Assembly (NCBI GenBank): GCA_964589975.1
Contig: CAZPVH010000003.1
Coordinates: 5,608 to 69,607, forward strand
Direction of reading: 5' to 3'
DNA from: an uncultured Candidatus Saccharibacteria bacterium
Lineage (GTDB): Bacteria > Patescibacteriota > Minisyncoccia > Phycocordibacterales > CSBR16-119
Length of the DNA: 64,000 nucleotides
In this document: piece by piece, positions 29,586 through 38,569 of the stretch
Layout of the letters: the number at the start of each line of letters is the position of its first letter
Position numbering within the stretch: the stretch's first letter is position 1
The notes under the pieces: generated by a model
What the model was told of the DNA's origin: nothing
What the model saw: only the letters and a program-made list of their open reading frames with translations
The model's database searches: none
Position numbers and translations under genes: made by a program

Positions 29586-29656
29586 TAGTGAATAGTGGTT
29601 AGTGAATAGTGTCTAGGAACTATCTTCTAATCACTAGAAGCTAGTCACTAGTCACT
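29586..29656. repeat. Palindromic 7-nt-period TAG/CTA array
   Basis: TAG every 7 nt five times, then CTA every 7 nt five times. Confidence 0.75.
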
Positions 29657-29658
29657 CG

Positions 29659-30135
29659 TTAAAACGGGATGTCTTCTGGATTTATATCATCATCCGGATA
29701 CTCAATAGTCTCAAGCTCTGGAGCGCGCATTGGAGCATCCTGCTCTGGAGAATTGGCTGGCGCGGAGTTATTTCCTCCGCCATAGTTCCCTGCCCCTCCT
29801 CCCATCCCCCCAGCTCTCGGGCCAAACTGAATGGTGTCGGCGATGATTTCAGTTCTATACTTCTTGGCTCCATCGGCGTCCCAGCTTCTAGTCTGCATGC
29901 GGCCTTCCACGAGTATAGAAGAACCCTTCTTCATGTACTGAGCAACTATCTCTGCCTGGCGGCCGAAAGTCACAACATTGTGAAAATCAGTTGATTCTTG
30001 CTTGGCGCCGTTCTTGTCCTTCCAAGTTCGGTTTGTAGCGACGCTGAAATTTGTGACTTTGATACCCGACGGAAGGGCTTTCATCTCGGGATCGCGGGTC
30101 AGATTCCCAATGACCATGGCTTTGTTGAGATACAT
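29659..30135 (-). CDS. ssb: Single-stranded DNA-binding protein
   Basis: NKAMVIGNLTRDPE, C-terminal DIPF. Confidence 0.98.
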   Translation of the reverse strand: MYLNKAMVIGNLTRDPEMKALPSGIKVTNFSVATNRTWKDKNGAKQESTDFHNVVTFGRQAEIVAQYMKKGSSILVEGRMQTRSWDADGAKKYRTEIIADTIQFGPRAGGMGGGAGNYGGGNNSAPANSPEQDAPMRAPELETIEYPDDDINPEDIPF

Positions 30136-30253
30136 CCCGTTTGAGATAGCAAATTATTAATTTGCGTATCCTTGCTTAAATTTTGATAATTTTTGCGACC
30201 GTTGGTTCATTATACTTTTTGTCATAATTTCTAACCATGGGATCTCTAACGGG
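30136..30253. mobile_element. 118-bp MITE-like element at the ssb start codon
   Basis: Terminal IR CCCGTTTGAGAT...ATCTCTAACGGG flanked by a perfect ATACAT direct repeat. Confidence 0.8.
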
Positions 30254-30301
30254 ATACATAAGTTAGAAGTTATTTGATAACGGTAACTCCATTGTAGGAG
30301 A

Positions 30302-30781
30302 CTATTTAACTTCTGGCAACGACTCCTCCTCAACCATTTCCTCAATCTTCTTGTCAACAGCTGCTTCATCCATCGGAGCCGCGCCGCCTGCGGCTTCCGC
30401 GGCTGTTCTCTTGACTGGTCGCTGGTAAGCAAGTTTTGGGGTTGCCAATGTGCTCTCTCGGACAGTCTTCACGATTATGAATCGGAGAATATCGAGGTTC
30501 TTATCCATCAGCGCCTTGAATCCTTCGATCTCTGATGCTTCGATTTCAAACTTTATCCAACCAAAGTATGCTGTTCTAAATCGGCGAACTTTGTTTTCAA
30601 TCTCCTTTCCAAGCTCGTAAGCAAGCTCTCGCATCTGAGGAAACTGTTCAGCAATGACTGATGCTTCCATCTTCGCCAAGGTATCCTTTATACCAGTGAC
30701 AACTTTAGTAACTTCGTCTTCTGACAAGTTCGGGAGAACATGGTATCCGAGCTCGTAGATTTTCTTGTTTGTTTCTTCCAT
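30302..30781 (-). CDS. rpsF: 30S ribosomal protein S6
   Basis: YELGY, RELAYE, ILRFIIVK; rpsF-ssb-rpsR order. Confidence 0.95.
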   Translation of the reverse strand: MEETNKKIYELGYHVLPNLSEDEVTKVVTGIKDTLAKMEASVIAEQFPQMRELAYELGKEIENKVRRFRTAYFGWIKFEIEASEIEGFKALMDKNLDILRFIIVKTVRESTLATPKLAYQRPVKRTAAEAAGGAAPMDEAAVDKKIEEMVEEESLPEVK

Positions 30782-30814
30782 AATTTTTACTTTATTTATA
30801 ATGTTTTATCCAAT

Positions 30815-30885
30815 AAAAAAACGCATCGTATCGGACCAAGCGACGGCCTGTAATTTCAAGGCAGTCGAACGAGACGTTGTAGGGA
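30815..30885 (-). promoter_or_regulatory. Candidate S6:S18 autoregulatory leader
   Basis: UGCCUUG...CAGGCCG hairpin with CCG upstream of rpsF, resembling the known S6:S18 leader; not model-checked. Confidence 0.45.
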
Positions 30886-30915
30886 TATTAGTATAAATCT
30901 TCTTTTTTGGCAAGA

Positions 30916-31103
30916 GAAAAGCCTTGTCATCGACAAGGCTTTTCGGGCTGAATCGTGCATGGGGCGATGAACCCCTACCGATACCTACCGTATGTTGATC
31001 CCCCTAGGGAGACTGCGGCTGAAGAACTTTAGGCCATAGCGGGAGCGGCATTTTGCCGCCCCGCCACAGCCTTTCGGAATTTGGTGTTTTGGACTTTTTG
31101 TTC
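30916..31103 (-). ncRNA. Candidate ncRNA unit 1 (~190 nt)
   Basis: TTGACA-16-TATAGT promoter (extended -10), A/C leader, 19-bp hairpin with G-U pairs, terminator 30916-30944; the only ATG ORF seen inside is 15 codons. Confidence 0.6.
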
Positions 31104-31161
31104 TCTCAGACTATAGCATATACGAAATATTTGTCAAGCAATTTTCATTATCCTTAAAAAG

Positions 31162-31373
31162 GAAAAGCCCCGCGTAAGGCGAGGCTTCTTGGATCTGTCA
31201 CAAGGGGCGACAGACTTCCATCAAGATCTTCATCTTCAAAAGTACCGACATCCCTCGACGGGAGGAGGACATGGACATCCTCCTTGTTCCCGCCGGGAAT
31301 GCATCTACAGAACATCAGCTGAAGTCTTTCGACCCACTATCGTGTTTGCAGCACTGCCAATGTCCGTACTTTT
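31162..31373 (-). ncRNA. Candidate ncRNA unit 2 (~210 nt, three-way junction)
   Basis: TTGACC-17-TATAAA promoter; closing stem 31360-31373/31238-31251; two arms; extra hairpin; terminator 31162-31190. Confidence 0.6.
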
Positions 31374-31376
31374 ATA

Positions 31377-32180
31377 TCACAATGGCCATACTGGGTCAAC
31401 GCAGAACAAATTTTTGACGTTTTGGAGAATTTGAAGGCGGACGGATTCTGGGTCGAGCCCTTTGATTTCCGCAATTTTCTTTACGATTTCTTCTACCATC
31501 CACGGCTCGCATTCCTTCCCTCTATAAGGATTTGGCGCAACAAATGGTGCGTCTGTTTCGGTAAGGATCCGATCGATCGGTGTCATTCGAATGACTTCGT
31601 CATAATCTCTTGCGAATGTGATTACACCGGTGAATGATAAGTAAAACCCGAGTTTCAGGAAACGCTCTGCGACATCAGGACTACCAACAAAGAAGTGGAC
31701 GTCGCCGCGGATATTTTGATCTTGGCGAGCTTCAAGAATTTCTAGGACATCTTCATATGCATCCATTGTTCCCTTTTGAGGACGAACATGCAGAATTAAG
31801 GGAAGATTTTTTTCGATCGCAAGATCAATTTGTTTAATGAAAATTTCTTTCTGAAGATTTTTTGTTTCTATATCGCTCGCTTCAATACGGAAATAATCGA
31901 GCCCACATTCACCAATCGCAACAACCTTATCCTTGCTTGCCAACTCTTTGAACTTATCAAGATCAAACTCTTTCTTAACAGCGTCACTAGGATGAAAACC
32001 GACTGAGGCGAATAAGTTCGCAGATTTTTGCGCAATTTCCACCGCGAGCAAAGAAGTATCGTAGTCGGTGCCGACAGTAATCGTGCCAACTTCTTTTTCT
32101 TCGAGAACTTTTATTATCTCACCTTGACGCTCCGACAGAGGAGACAAATTCAAATGAGAATGAATATCGAAATATTTCAT
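31377..32180 (-). CDS. tatD: TatD-family DNase
   Basis: DIHSHL, GFHP, AIGECGLDY, LHVR, HFF, LTETDAPF. Confidence 0.95.
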   Translation of the reverse strand: MKYFDIHSHLNLSPLSERQGEIIKVLEEKEVGTITVGTDYDTSLLAVEIAQKSANLFASVGFHPSDAVKKEFDLDKFKELASKDKVVAIGECGLDYFRIEASDIETKNLQKEIFIKQIDLAIEKNLPLILHVRPQKGTMDAYEDVLEILEARQDQNIRGDVHFFVGSPDVAERFLKLGFYLSFTGVITFARDYDEVIRMTPIDRILTETDAPFVAPNPYRGKECEPWMVEEIVKKIAEIKGLDPESVRLQILQNVKNLFCVDPVWPL

Positions 32181-32181
32181 A

Positions 32182-33663
32182 CTAGGCAAGTCGATTGAAT
32201 AGTGGGGTTTCTGGCATCTTGTTTTCTTGAACCAAGAATAATATTTTCTCAGCTGTCTTTGGTAAAAATGGTTTCAACCAGATAGAAAGTTGATTTATAT
32301 GTGAAAGAAGTATCCCAACAACCTCCTTCGCTTCATCAGGATTCGTCTTTATCAGACTAAAGGGCTTTTTTTCGGCAATAACACCATCCACGGAGGTGGC
32401 GAACAGCATTATTTTCTCCATTGCCTTGCTCAAATCGTAATCACTAATATGTCCCCTGATCTCACTATCCAATGTAAGATAATACTGATTTGGCTCTGGG
32501 AAAACATGTGGTTCTTTAACGCCATATGTCGTTGCCATTTTCATCACTCTCGAAACGAGATTGCCGATACCATTCGCTAGCCCTGCCTGATAAGCTTCCC
32601 TAATAGATTCCAGAGTCATATCAGAATCTTCAAATGGATTAACGTGCCTGAGCAAATAGTAACGCAAAACGTCCGAAGAAAGGTCGCCTGCAACGGATTC
32701 ATATTCTTTTACGAGATCATAGGGGTTTATTACGTTTCCAAGAGATTTGGACATCTTCTGTCCACCTGAATTTATAAAACCATTAATGATGATATTATCC
32801 GTATTAGGTAAATCTGCTGCGAGAAGTATTGCCTGCCACATCATGGACTGCTGGCGAACGTTGTCTTTGCCGCAATACTGAATCTTTAGGCCGTCCTGCC
32901 AGAATTTCTTAAAGTTTCCGCTACTGTCTTCTGGCCAACCGAGCGTCGAAACATAGTTCGTTAGCGCGTCAAACCACACATACATTACATGAGACTCGTC
33001 TCCGGGCACCGGCACGCCCCAAGACATCTTTTCAGTTGGTCTCGAGATAGAAAAATCCTGAAGTCCCCTTTCGATAAAGGCTTTCATCTCATTGAAACGG
33101 AAATCTGGAATAACAAGTTCTGATTTGTCTGCGTAGAGTTTTTTTAGCTTATCTTCAAGTTTCGAAAGCGCGAAGAAATAATTCTCTTCGTCTCGAAGCT
33201 CGATCTCCTTGTTCGGATGGATCGGACATTTGCCATTCTCGAGCTCCGAGTCGGTTTTCTCAAGCTCGCAGCCGACGCAATATTTCGTCTGATAGTTCTT
33301 CTTGTAGATATAGCCGTTCTTATTAACTCGGCGCCACATTTCCTGCGCCGCTGAGACATGGTGCTCATCGGTAGTGCGAATGAAATGCACGTCGTCTGAA
33401 ATTCCAAGCAGATCTTTCAGTCCTCGAAATTTCTCAGCATAAAAATCAACGTATTCCTTTACGTCCTGTCCCGCTTTCGTGGCGTCAGAGAGAAGTTTCT
33501 GACCATGTTCGTCTGTTCCGGTATTAAAAAAAACAGAATGTCCAAGAGATTTATAAAACCTTGCCAGCGCGTCAGCGCGGATTATTTCCATAGCAAAACC
33601 GACGTGCGGGTCAGAATTAACATATGGGAGCGTCGTAGTGATATAAATATTTTTTTTACTCAT
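32182..33663 (-). CDS. metG: Methionyl-tRNA synthetase
   Basis: YITTTLPYVNSDPHVG, YVWFDAL, KMSKS. Confidence 0.97.
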   Translation of the reverse strand: MSKKNIYITTTLPYVNSDPHVGFAMEIIRADALARFYKSLGHSVFFNTGTDEHGQKLLSDATKAGQDVKEYVDFYAEKFRGLKDLLGISDDVHFIRTTDEHHVSAAQEMWRRVNKNGYIYKKNYQTKYCVGCELEKTDSELENGKCPIHPNKEIELRDEENYFFALSKLEDKLKKLYADKSELVIPDFRFNEMKAFIERGLQDFSISRPTEKMSWGVPVPGDESHVMYVWFDALTNYVSTLGWPEDSSGNFKKFWQDGLKIQYCGKDNVRQQSMMWQAILLAADLPNTDNIIINGFINSGGQKMSKSLGNVINPYDLVKEYESVAGDLSSDVLRYYLLRHVNPFEDSDMTLESIREAYQAGLANGIGNLVSRVMKMATTYGVKEPHVFPEPNQYYLTLDSEIRGHISDYDLSKAMEKIMLFATSVDGVIAEKKPFSLIKTNPDEAKEVVGILLSHINQLSIWLKPFLPKTAEKILFLVQENKMPETPLFNRLA

Positions 33664-34705
33664 TTTCTTGCTTCATAAGACGCTCTTTCTCGAGGTCATT
33701 TATATATTCTAACATTGTCACAGCAACTGGAACTCCCAGGATAAGTCCCCAGAAACCAGCCAAGGAAACCCCGACAAGCACCGCCAAAATAACAACCAAT
33801 GGTGAAACTCCCGTCATCTTGTTCACCACGAGTGGAGCAATCAAATACCCTTCAAGTTGTTGAACAACGGTGTAGAGAGCTACAACCATTAGGGCTAGCG
33901 AGATTCCCCCGGCGCCAAATGCCAGCGAAACTGCCGGGATAGCCGCCAAAAATATTCCGAAAGGAATAAGCTCAAATATAGCCGCCACAACGGCCAGAAG
34001 AATAGCCTGTGGCACGTCGAGAAGCGTTAGACCGATGAAGGTCAGAACTCCGACAACAAGGCCGAGGATCATCTGACCCTGCATCCACCGAGCGATCTTT
34101 CTCTGGGAGCGCTGCCAGAGATCAATTACATACGCCTCTTTTCGGACAGGCGTCAGGATGCGGAGGAAGGATTCGATTCCATCCGCCGAAACAGACAGAT
34201 AAAAAGAGATTATGATAACCAAGACGACATTCAAGAGTCCGCCGAAGAAAGCTGACAAAGTGTTCCCGAATCCGGAAAGAATAATTCCCAAGAAGACTTC
34301 AAAGTTTGAAATTAGATTTCCGGACTCTGACAAACTTTCTGCGGAAGGCAAACTTTCAGGATTTATGCCACCGAGAAATGACGCGCCTTGGGGAATATAC
34401 TCGGATATGACCGGCAAGATATGCGTGATCTCGACTACCAAGACCGGCAGGAAGAAGTAGAAGACTCCGGCAAAGAAACAGAAGGTTATGAGATACATGA
34501 GGACAATCGAGAGTATACGACTCATGCCGAAGCGAATTCGGGCGGCTTCTGCCGAGGTGCGAATGAAGGAGGCTAAAACCACAGACGTCAAAACCACCAA
34601 AACCAAGCTCTTCAGGAAGAAAAGCGAGAAGACGAAAGCCGATAGGACCAAGATATTGAAGAGGGTCCGTCGGCTGATATTTACGGTATATACCTTGTTT
34701 TCCAT
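33656..34705 (-). CDS. AI-2E family transporter
   Basis: Multi-TM; QQLEGYLIAP, G..GLILGVP. Confidence 0.9.
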   Translation of the reverse strand: MENKVYTVNISRRTLFNILVLSAFVFSLFFLKSLVLVVLTSVVLASFIRTSAEAARIRFGMSRILSIVLMYLITFCFFAGVFYFFLPVLVVEITHILPVISEYIPQGASFLGGINPESLPSAESLSESGNLISNFEVFLGIILSGFGNTLSAFFGGLLNVVLVIIISFYLSVSADGIESFLRILTPVRKEAYVIDLWQRSQRKIARWMQGQMILGLVVGVLTFIGLTLLDVPQAILLAVVAAIFELIPFGIFLAAIPAVSLAFGAGGISLALMVVALYTVVQQLEGYLIAPLVVNKMTGVSPLVVILAVLVGVSLAGFWGLILGVPVAVTMLEYINDLEKERLMKQENE

Positions 34706-34738
34706 TAGGGCAACTATACCAATATGAGAGGCTTTTGG

Positions 34739-36079
34739 CTATTTAAAGGTATCTTTGAAATAGGCGGATAAATCTGCGATCTTTAGACGCTCCTGGGATC
34801 CATCATTCCTATGGCGGATGGTGACAGAATCGTCTTCGAGAGAGTCAAAGTCTACAACAACGCAGAAAGGCGTGCCGATCTCGTCCTGGCGGCGATATCG
34901 CTTGCCGATATTTCCATTGTCGTCCCAAACGACATCTCCGAATAAAGCTTTCAAATGAGCAAAAACTTCTTCAGCTTTCTTTACAAGCTCTTCTTTATTC
35001 TTGAGAAGCGGCGAGACACAGATCTTGTACGGCGCGATCTTTGGATCAAGTGCAAGATAAACCCGCATGTCCTCTCCTTCGCCGTCTTCGCGGTAAGCTG
35101 AAGTGAGCAGGGCAAGAATTGTTCGATCAAGGCCAAATGACGGCTCTATGACGTGCGGAGTGAAAACCTGGACGCCATTTTCATTCTGGAAACGATATTC
35201 GAGTTTCTCGCCGGACGCCTCGGTATGTTTTGAGAGATCGTAATCGCCGCGATACGCGAGACCGTAAAGCTCTTTCTGGCCAAATGGGTATTCGAATTCG
35301 AAATCAATCGTGCGGGACGAATAGTGCGCGCGGTCGCCGTCAGGAATCTCGACGTCATGAACCTTGTTCATGTCGAGTCCAATCTCCCCCATCCATTCAA
35401 GTATCTCGTCTTTCCAATATTCAAAATGCTTCTGCCACTCGTCCGGGTGGACAAAGTATTCTATTTCCATCTGCTCAAGCTCCCGGAGGCGGAAGATAAA
35501 ATCGCGCGGCGTGATCTCGTTTCGAAAAGCCTTGCCAATCTGCGCGATGCCGAATGGAACCTTCGGTTGCATGGAATCAACGACGTTTTTGAAGTTCACG
35601 AAAATTCCTTGCGCCGTCTCTGGGCGTAGATAAGAGGTCGCTGAGGAGTCCTCGGCCGCGCCAACTTTAGTACTAAGCATCATATTGAATTGGCGAACTT
35701 CGCCAAATTCTCCTTTACACTCCGGGCACTTTCCTTCGGGCGGCGGGACGGGTAACTGGTCAGCGCGAAAACGCTTTTTGCATTTCTTGCACTCGACTAA
35801 CGGATCAGAAAAATGGTCAACGTGGCCGGTTGTCTGCCACACCTTTTGGTTCATAAGAATCGCCGCGTTCAAGCGGTACATATCACGTCTGCTTCTTATG
35901 AATCTATTCTTCCAAGATGTTACGACATTGTCGCGCATCATCTCACCTAGTGGACCGTAGTCATAGGTTCCCGCCAGCCCTCCATAAATCTCAGAGCCCT
36001 GGAAGACAAAACCACGGCGCTTGGCGAGGGAGACGATTTTCTGCATCAGGTCAGCCTGATTGTTATTCAACGGCGTCAT
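34739..36079 (-). CDS. glyQS: Glycyl-tRNA synthetase, alpha2 type
   Basis: YDYGPLG, YLRPETAQGIF, IEPSFGLDR, IGKRYRRQDEIGTPF. Confidence 0.97.
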   Translation of the reverse strand: MTPLNNNQADLMQKIVSLAKRRGFVFQGSEIYGGLAGTYDYGPLGEMMRDNVVTSWKNRFIRSRRDMYRLNAAILMNQKVWQTTGHVDHFSDPLVECKKCKKRFRADQLPVPPPEGKCPECKGEFGEVRQFNMMLSTKVGAAEDSSATSYLRPETAQGIFVNFKNVVDSMQPKVPFGIAQIGKAFRNEITPRDFIFRLRELEQMEIEYFVHPDEWQKHFEYWKDEILEWMGEIGLDMNKVHDVEIPDGDRAHYSSRTIDFEFEYPFGQKELYGLAYRGDYDLSKHTEASGEKLEYRFQNENGVQVFTPHVIEPSFGLDRTILALLTSAYREDGEGEDMRVYLALDPKIAPYKICVSPLLKNKEELVKKAEEVFAHLKALFGDVVWDDNGNIGKRYRRQDEIGTPFCVVVDFDSLEDDSVTIRHRNDGSQERLKIADLSAYFKDTFK

Positions 36080-37964
36080 TATCTGAATTATAGTTACTAT
36101 CGAGATTTAGTCTAGTATTGATTGGACCCATACCTCGGGACAAATCCTGGCCCGTATAGGCATCTTTCCCTGTCAGAACGGTATCAAGAGTAAGTCTTGG
36201 AACAGAGCCAGACTGCGAACCTGAGGGGTTTAGCTTTACCTGAAAATACAACTGCTTTGGAGCTGAAGAAAGCCCCACATACGGCTCGAGTGTGCCAATA
36301 TCCCATATTATCTCGCGGTTACTTGGATTATAGGACACACTTTGATTTGTTGGACTTACTTCGTCTACCCAGTCAACAAAAGAAGGGAGCGAGGAGCGAG
36401 CCTTAGCGTTCGTAACTCGACTCGAGGTATTTACAACATTCCAAACTATAGTGTATGTCGTGCTAGTTCCCGGAGATGGTGGAATGGGCCCCGTATTTGT
36501 AAATGGGCCAGAATTATACAAAGCGTTACCGGTAATCTGAAGAGAAGAACCGTATTTAATTTTTTTCTTTATGAAATTCTCTATCTCAGTGAATTGATTC
36601 CCCTGCGATGGCTGGCGGCCCTTTACCGAAAGCGAAATATTTATTTCCGGATTCTGGAGCGTGGAATTAGAAAAAGCGATAGGTTTGAATCGGAACATTA
36701 ATTCATTTTCATCACCCGGGTCAATGCTTCGGAGCGCACTAAGTGTCTCACCATTCCAGGTTATCTCATTTCTAATTGGGTCATAAAATCCCCCTTCAGC
36801 CTCTATAGTGCCAGGATCAAAGGCGCTACCCGAAAAAGCCGCCGTAATTTCCACATCGGTAATCTTTGTATCGAAATTATTTTTAATACTAATTTCTCCG
36901 TCAGCCACCTGGCCCGGACGACCAACTACCTCTTGCGCCTCGCTATTGTTTACACTAAAGGCCAAGTCGAGAAATGGTTTTTCAATTGAAATGATGTAGT
37001 TTTCGGAATTAAATTGGGTGCCAATACGCTGTTCATCTTCTGGGTCTTTGGTACCGGTAAAAATGTTAAAAGCCCGCTCTTCTCCGGCATCTGCCGCCAA
37101 AACACCGTTTATAGAAACCGTTTTTTCTGCGCCCTTGGATAGATCTCCGAGGTCCCAGATATTATTTGAAAAAGTCGGCTCAGGCGTTGCAGACTTAAAA
37201 TCGAATCCCGGCGGATAATCGACAACCAGCATCATACCGACTACAGCTGTATCAGTATTAAGGCTCGTTGTGACGCTCCAGCTAAGATCCTGATTGGTGT
37301 TTGTGACTTCTGGACCATCGATCACAATATTTACAGGGGTTGAGGATATGTTAACAACATATAACTTCTCTTTGACAAAGATTGCGCTCGAACCCTTGAC
37401 CCTGTATTCCAGAGTAATATTTACATCGCGCGTAGTCCCCTGTTGGCCAAAAAGCGTCAGCGTTATGAGCTTCTCAATCTTTCCTCCTGCTGGAATACTA
37501 CCCACAGTTATACGATCACTTCGAAGCTCTTCGGTCGAGCCTGAGCCTTCCTGATACTGGAGAATCAAATCGCTATAATCGAGCGACACATTATTTCTAT
37601 TGATGAGCTCTATCTTGAGCGGTAATTCTTCCCCTCCAGAGACAAAGGCATTACCCAGGATATTTATATCAATATTGTCAGCCGAGACAGTATTCCTGCC
37701 GCCAAAGAACATCATGAGGCCAAAACCGATCGAGAGGATGAAAAAAATTATCGTTCCCAAAAAGAATTTTCGGAACATCGTGTTTTGAAGCAAACTCTTT
37801 TTCCTGGCGCGGGGTGGCGGAGGCGCGTCTTTGGGCCATGAATCTTTTACTTCATGTTCTGTCTCCATAATGGGGCCACGAGGTTTCAAATTCAGATTTG
37901 GAGTTTTCGGACTATAGATTTTTTCTTTGAGCCGTTCAATATGGCTTTTTCTCTTTGGAGGCAT
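36063..37964 (-). CDS. Single-pass membrane protein with tandem Ig-like domains
   Basis: Basic N-terminus, one TM, beta-rich WDLGDL/WDIGTL repeats. Confidence 0.8.
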   Translation of the reverse strand: MPPKRKSHIERLKEKIYSPKTPNLNLKPRGPIMETEHEVKDSWPKDAPPPPRARKKSLLQNTMFRKFFLGTIIFFILSIGFGLMMFFGGRNTVSADNIDINILGNAFVSGGEELPLKIELINRNNVSLDYSDLILQYQEGSGSTEELRSDRITVGSIPAGGKIEKLITLTLFGQQGTTRDVNITLEYRVKGSSAIFVKEKLYVVNISSTPVNIVIDGPEVTNTNQDLSWSVTTSLNTDTAVVGMMLVVDYPPGFDFKSATPEPTFSNNIWDLGDLSKGAEKTVSINGVLAADAGEERAFNIFTGTKDPEDEQRIGTQFNSENYIISIEKPFLDLAFSVNNSEAQEVVGRPGQVADGEISIKNNFDTKITDVEITAAFSGSAFDPGTIEAEGGFYDPIRNEITWNGETLSALRSIDPGDENELMFRFKPIAFSNSTLQNPEINISLSVKGRQPSQGNQFTEIENFIKKKIKYGSSLQITGNALYNSGPFTNTGPIPPSPGTSTTYTIVWNVVNTSSRVTNAKARSSLPSFVDWVDEVSPTNQSVSYNPSNREIIWDIGTLEPYVGLSSAPKQLYFQVKLNPSGSQSGSVPRLTLDTVLTGKDAYTGQDLSRGMGPINTRLNLDSNYNSDNDAVE

Positions 37965-37984
37965 AGATACATTCTAGCACACGA

Positions 37985-38569
37985 CTACATGAGCTGTGTT
38001 GCGGCAAGTGATTTATTGAGCTCTTTGATAATAGATTTTTTCGTCGAAGTTAGCCGAGCGAGCGTCTCAGTGGTGAACGGACTCTTCGCAAGTCCGCCGA
38101 GCGCGTCGGCGTCGCCCCAATACCCGAGCCCTGAAAGAATTTTTAGAACAAGGAGAGCCTCAATACTCTCCATTTCATCCTGCTTCGGATGAGTATTCGA
38201 GGTGAATTCAAAAGCTGCTACCAACTCGTCGAAAAGGTGCTCGTGCGGTTCTTCTTCCGGCGCAAGCTTGGCGATTAGCTGGAGTCCGCGGATACGCGAA
38301 CTTGTCGAGAGGCTCTTTTTAGAATTCAAATCATGAATCGGCCTGGCGGAAACAAGCCGCCAGAAAGTCTTGCCTTTCACAAGGCTCGCATCGATGTATT
38401 TGAAATCCTGAACGAAGTAACGGAGGCGGGATTCCATTTTCCGGATTCCCATGGCTTTCGCGCGAATAACGCCAAAGTCTTTTGTAAACAGATGAAATGT
38501 CTTATCCGCCTCCCCGGTGTTTCGAGTCGACATCACAAACGCTTCAGTGTGATAAATAGTGTGAGACAT
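37985..38569 (-). CDS. recO: RecO-like protein (N-terminal OB domain, short C-terminus)
   Basis: TEAFV...GEADK...LFTKDFG.I.AKA.GIRK..SRL. Confidence 0.8.
   Translation of the reverse strand: MSHTIYHTEAFVMSTRNTGEADKTFHLFTKDFGVIRAKAMGIRKMESRLRYFVQDFKYIDASLVKGKTFWRLVSARPIHDLNSKKSLSTSSRIRGLQLIAKLAPEEEPHEHLFDELVAAFEFTSNTHPKQDEMESIEALLVLKILSGLGYWGDADALGGLAKSPFTTETLARLTSTKKSIIKELNKSLAATQLM

Noticed and set aside
29661-29670. AAACGGGAT resembling the mini-element end
   Set aside because: It is the DIPF coding end of ssb, with no partner repeat or duplication
31295-31340. Hammerhead ribozyme (CUGAUG and GAAA present)
   Set aside because: Reads CUGAUGU rather than CUGANGA, and GAAA is a tetraloop, not a junction strand
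31238-31373. Retron msr-msd (terminal inverted repeats)
   Set aside because: No reverse transcriptase in the window and no clear long msd hairpin
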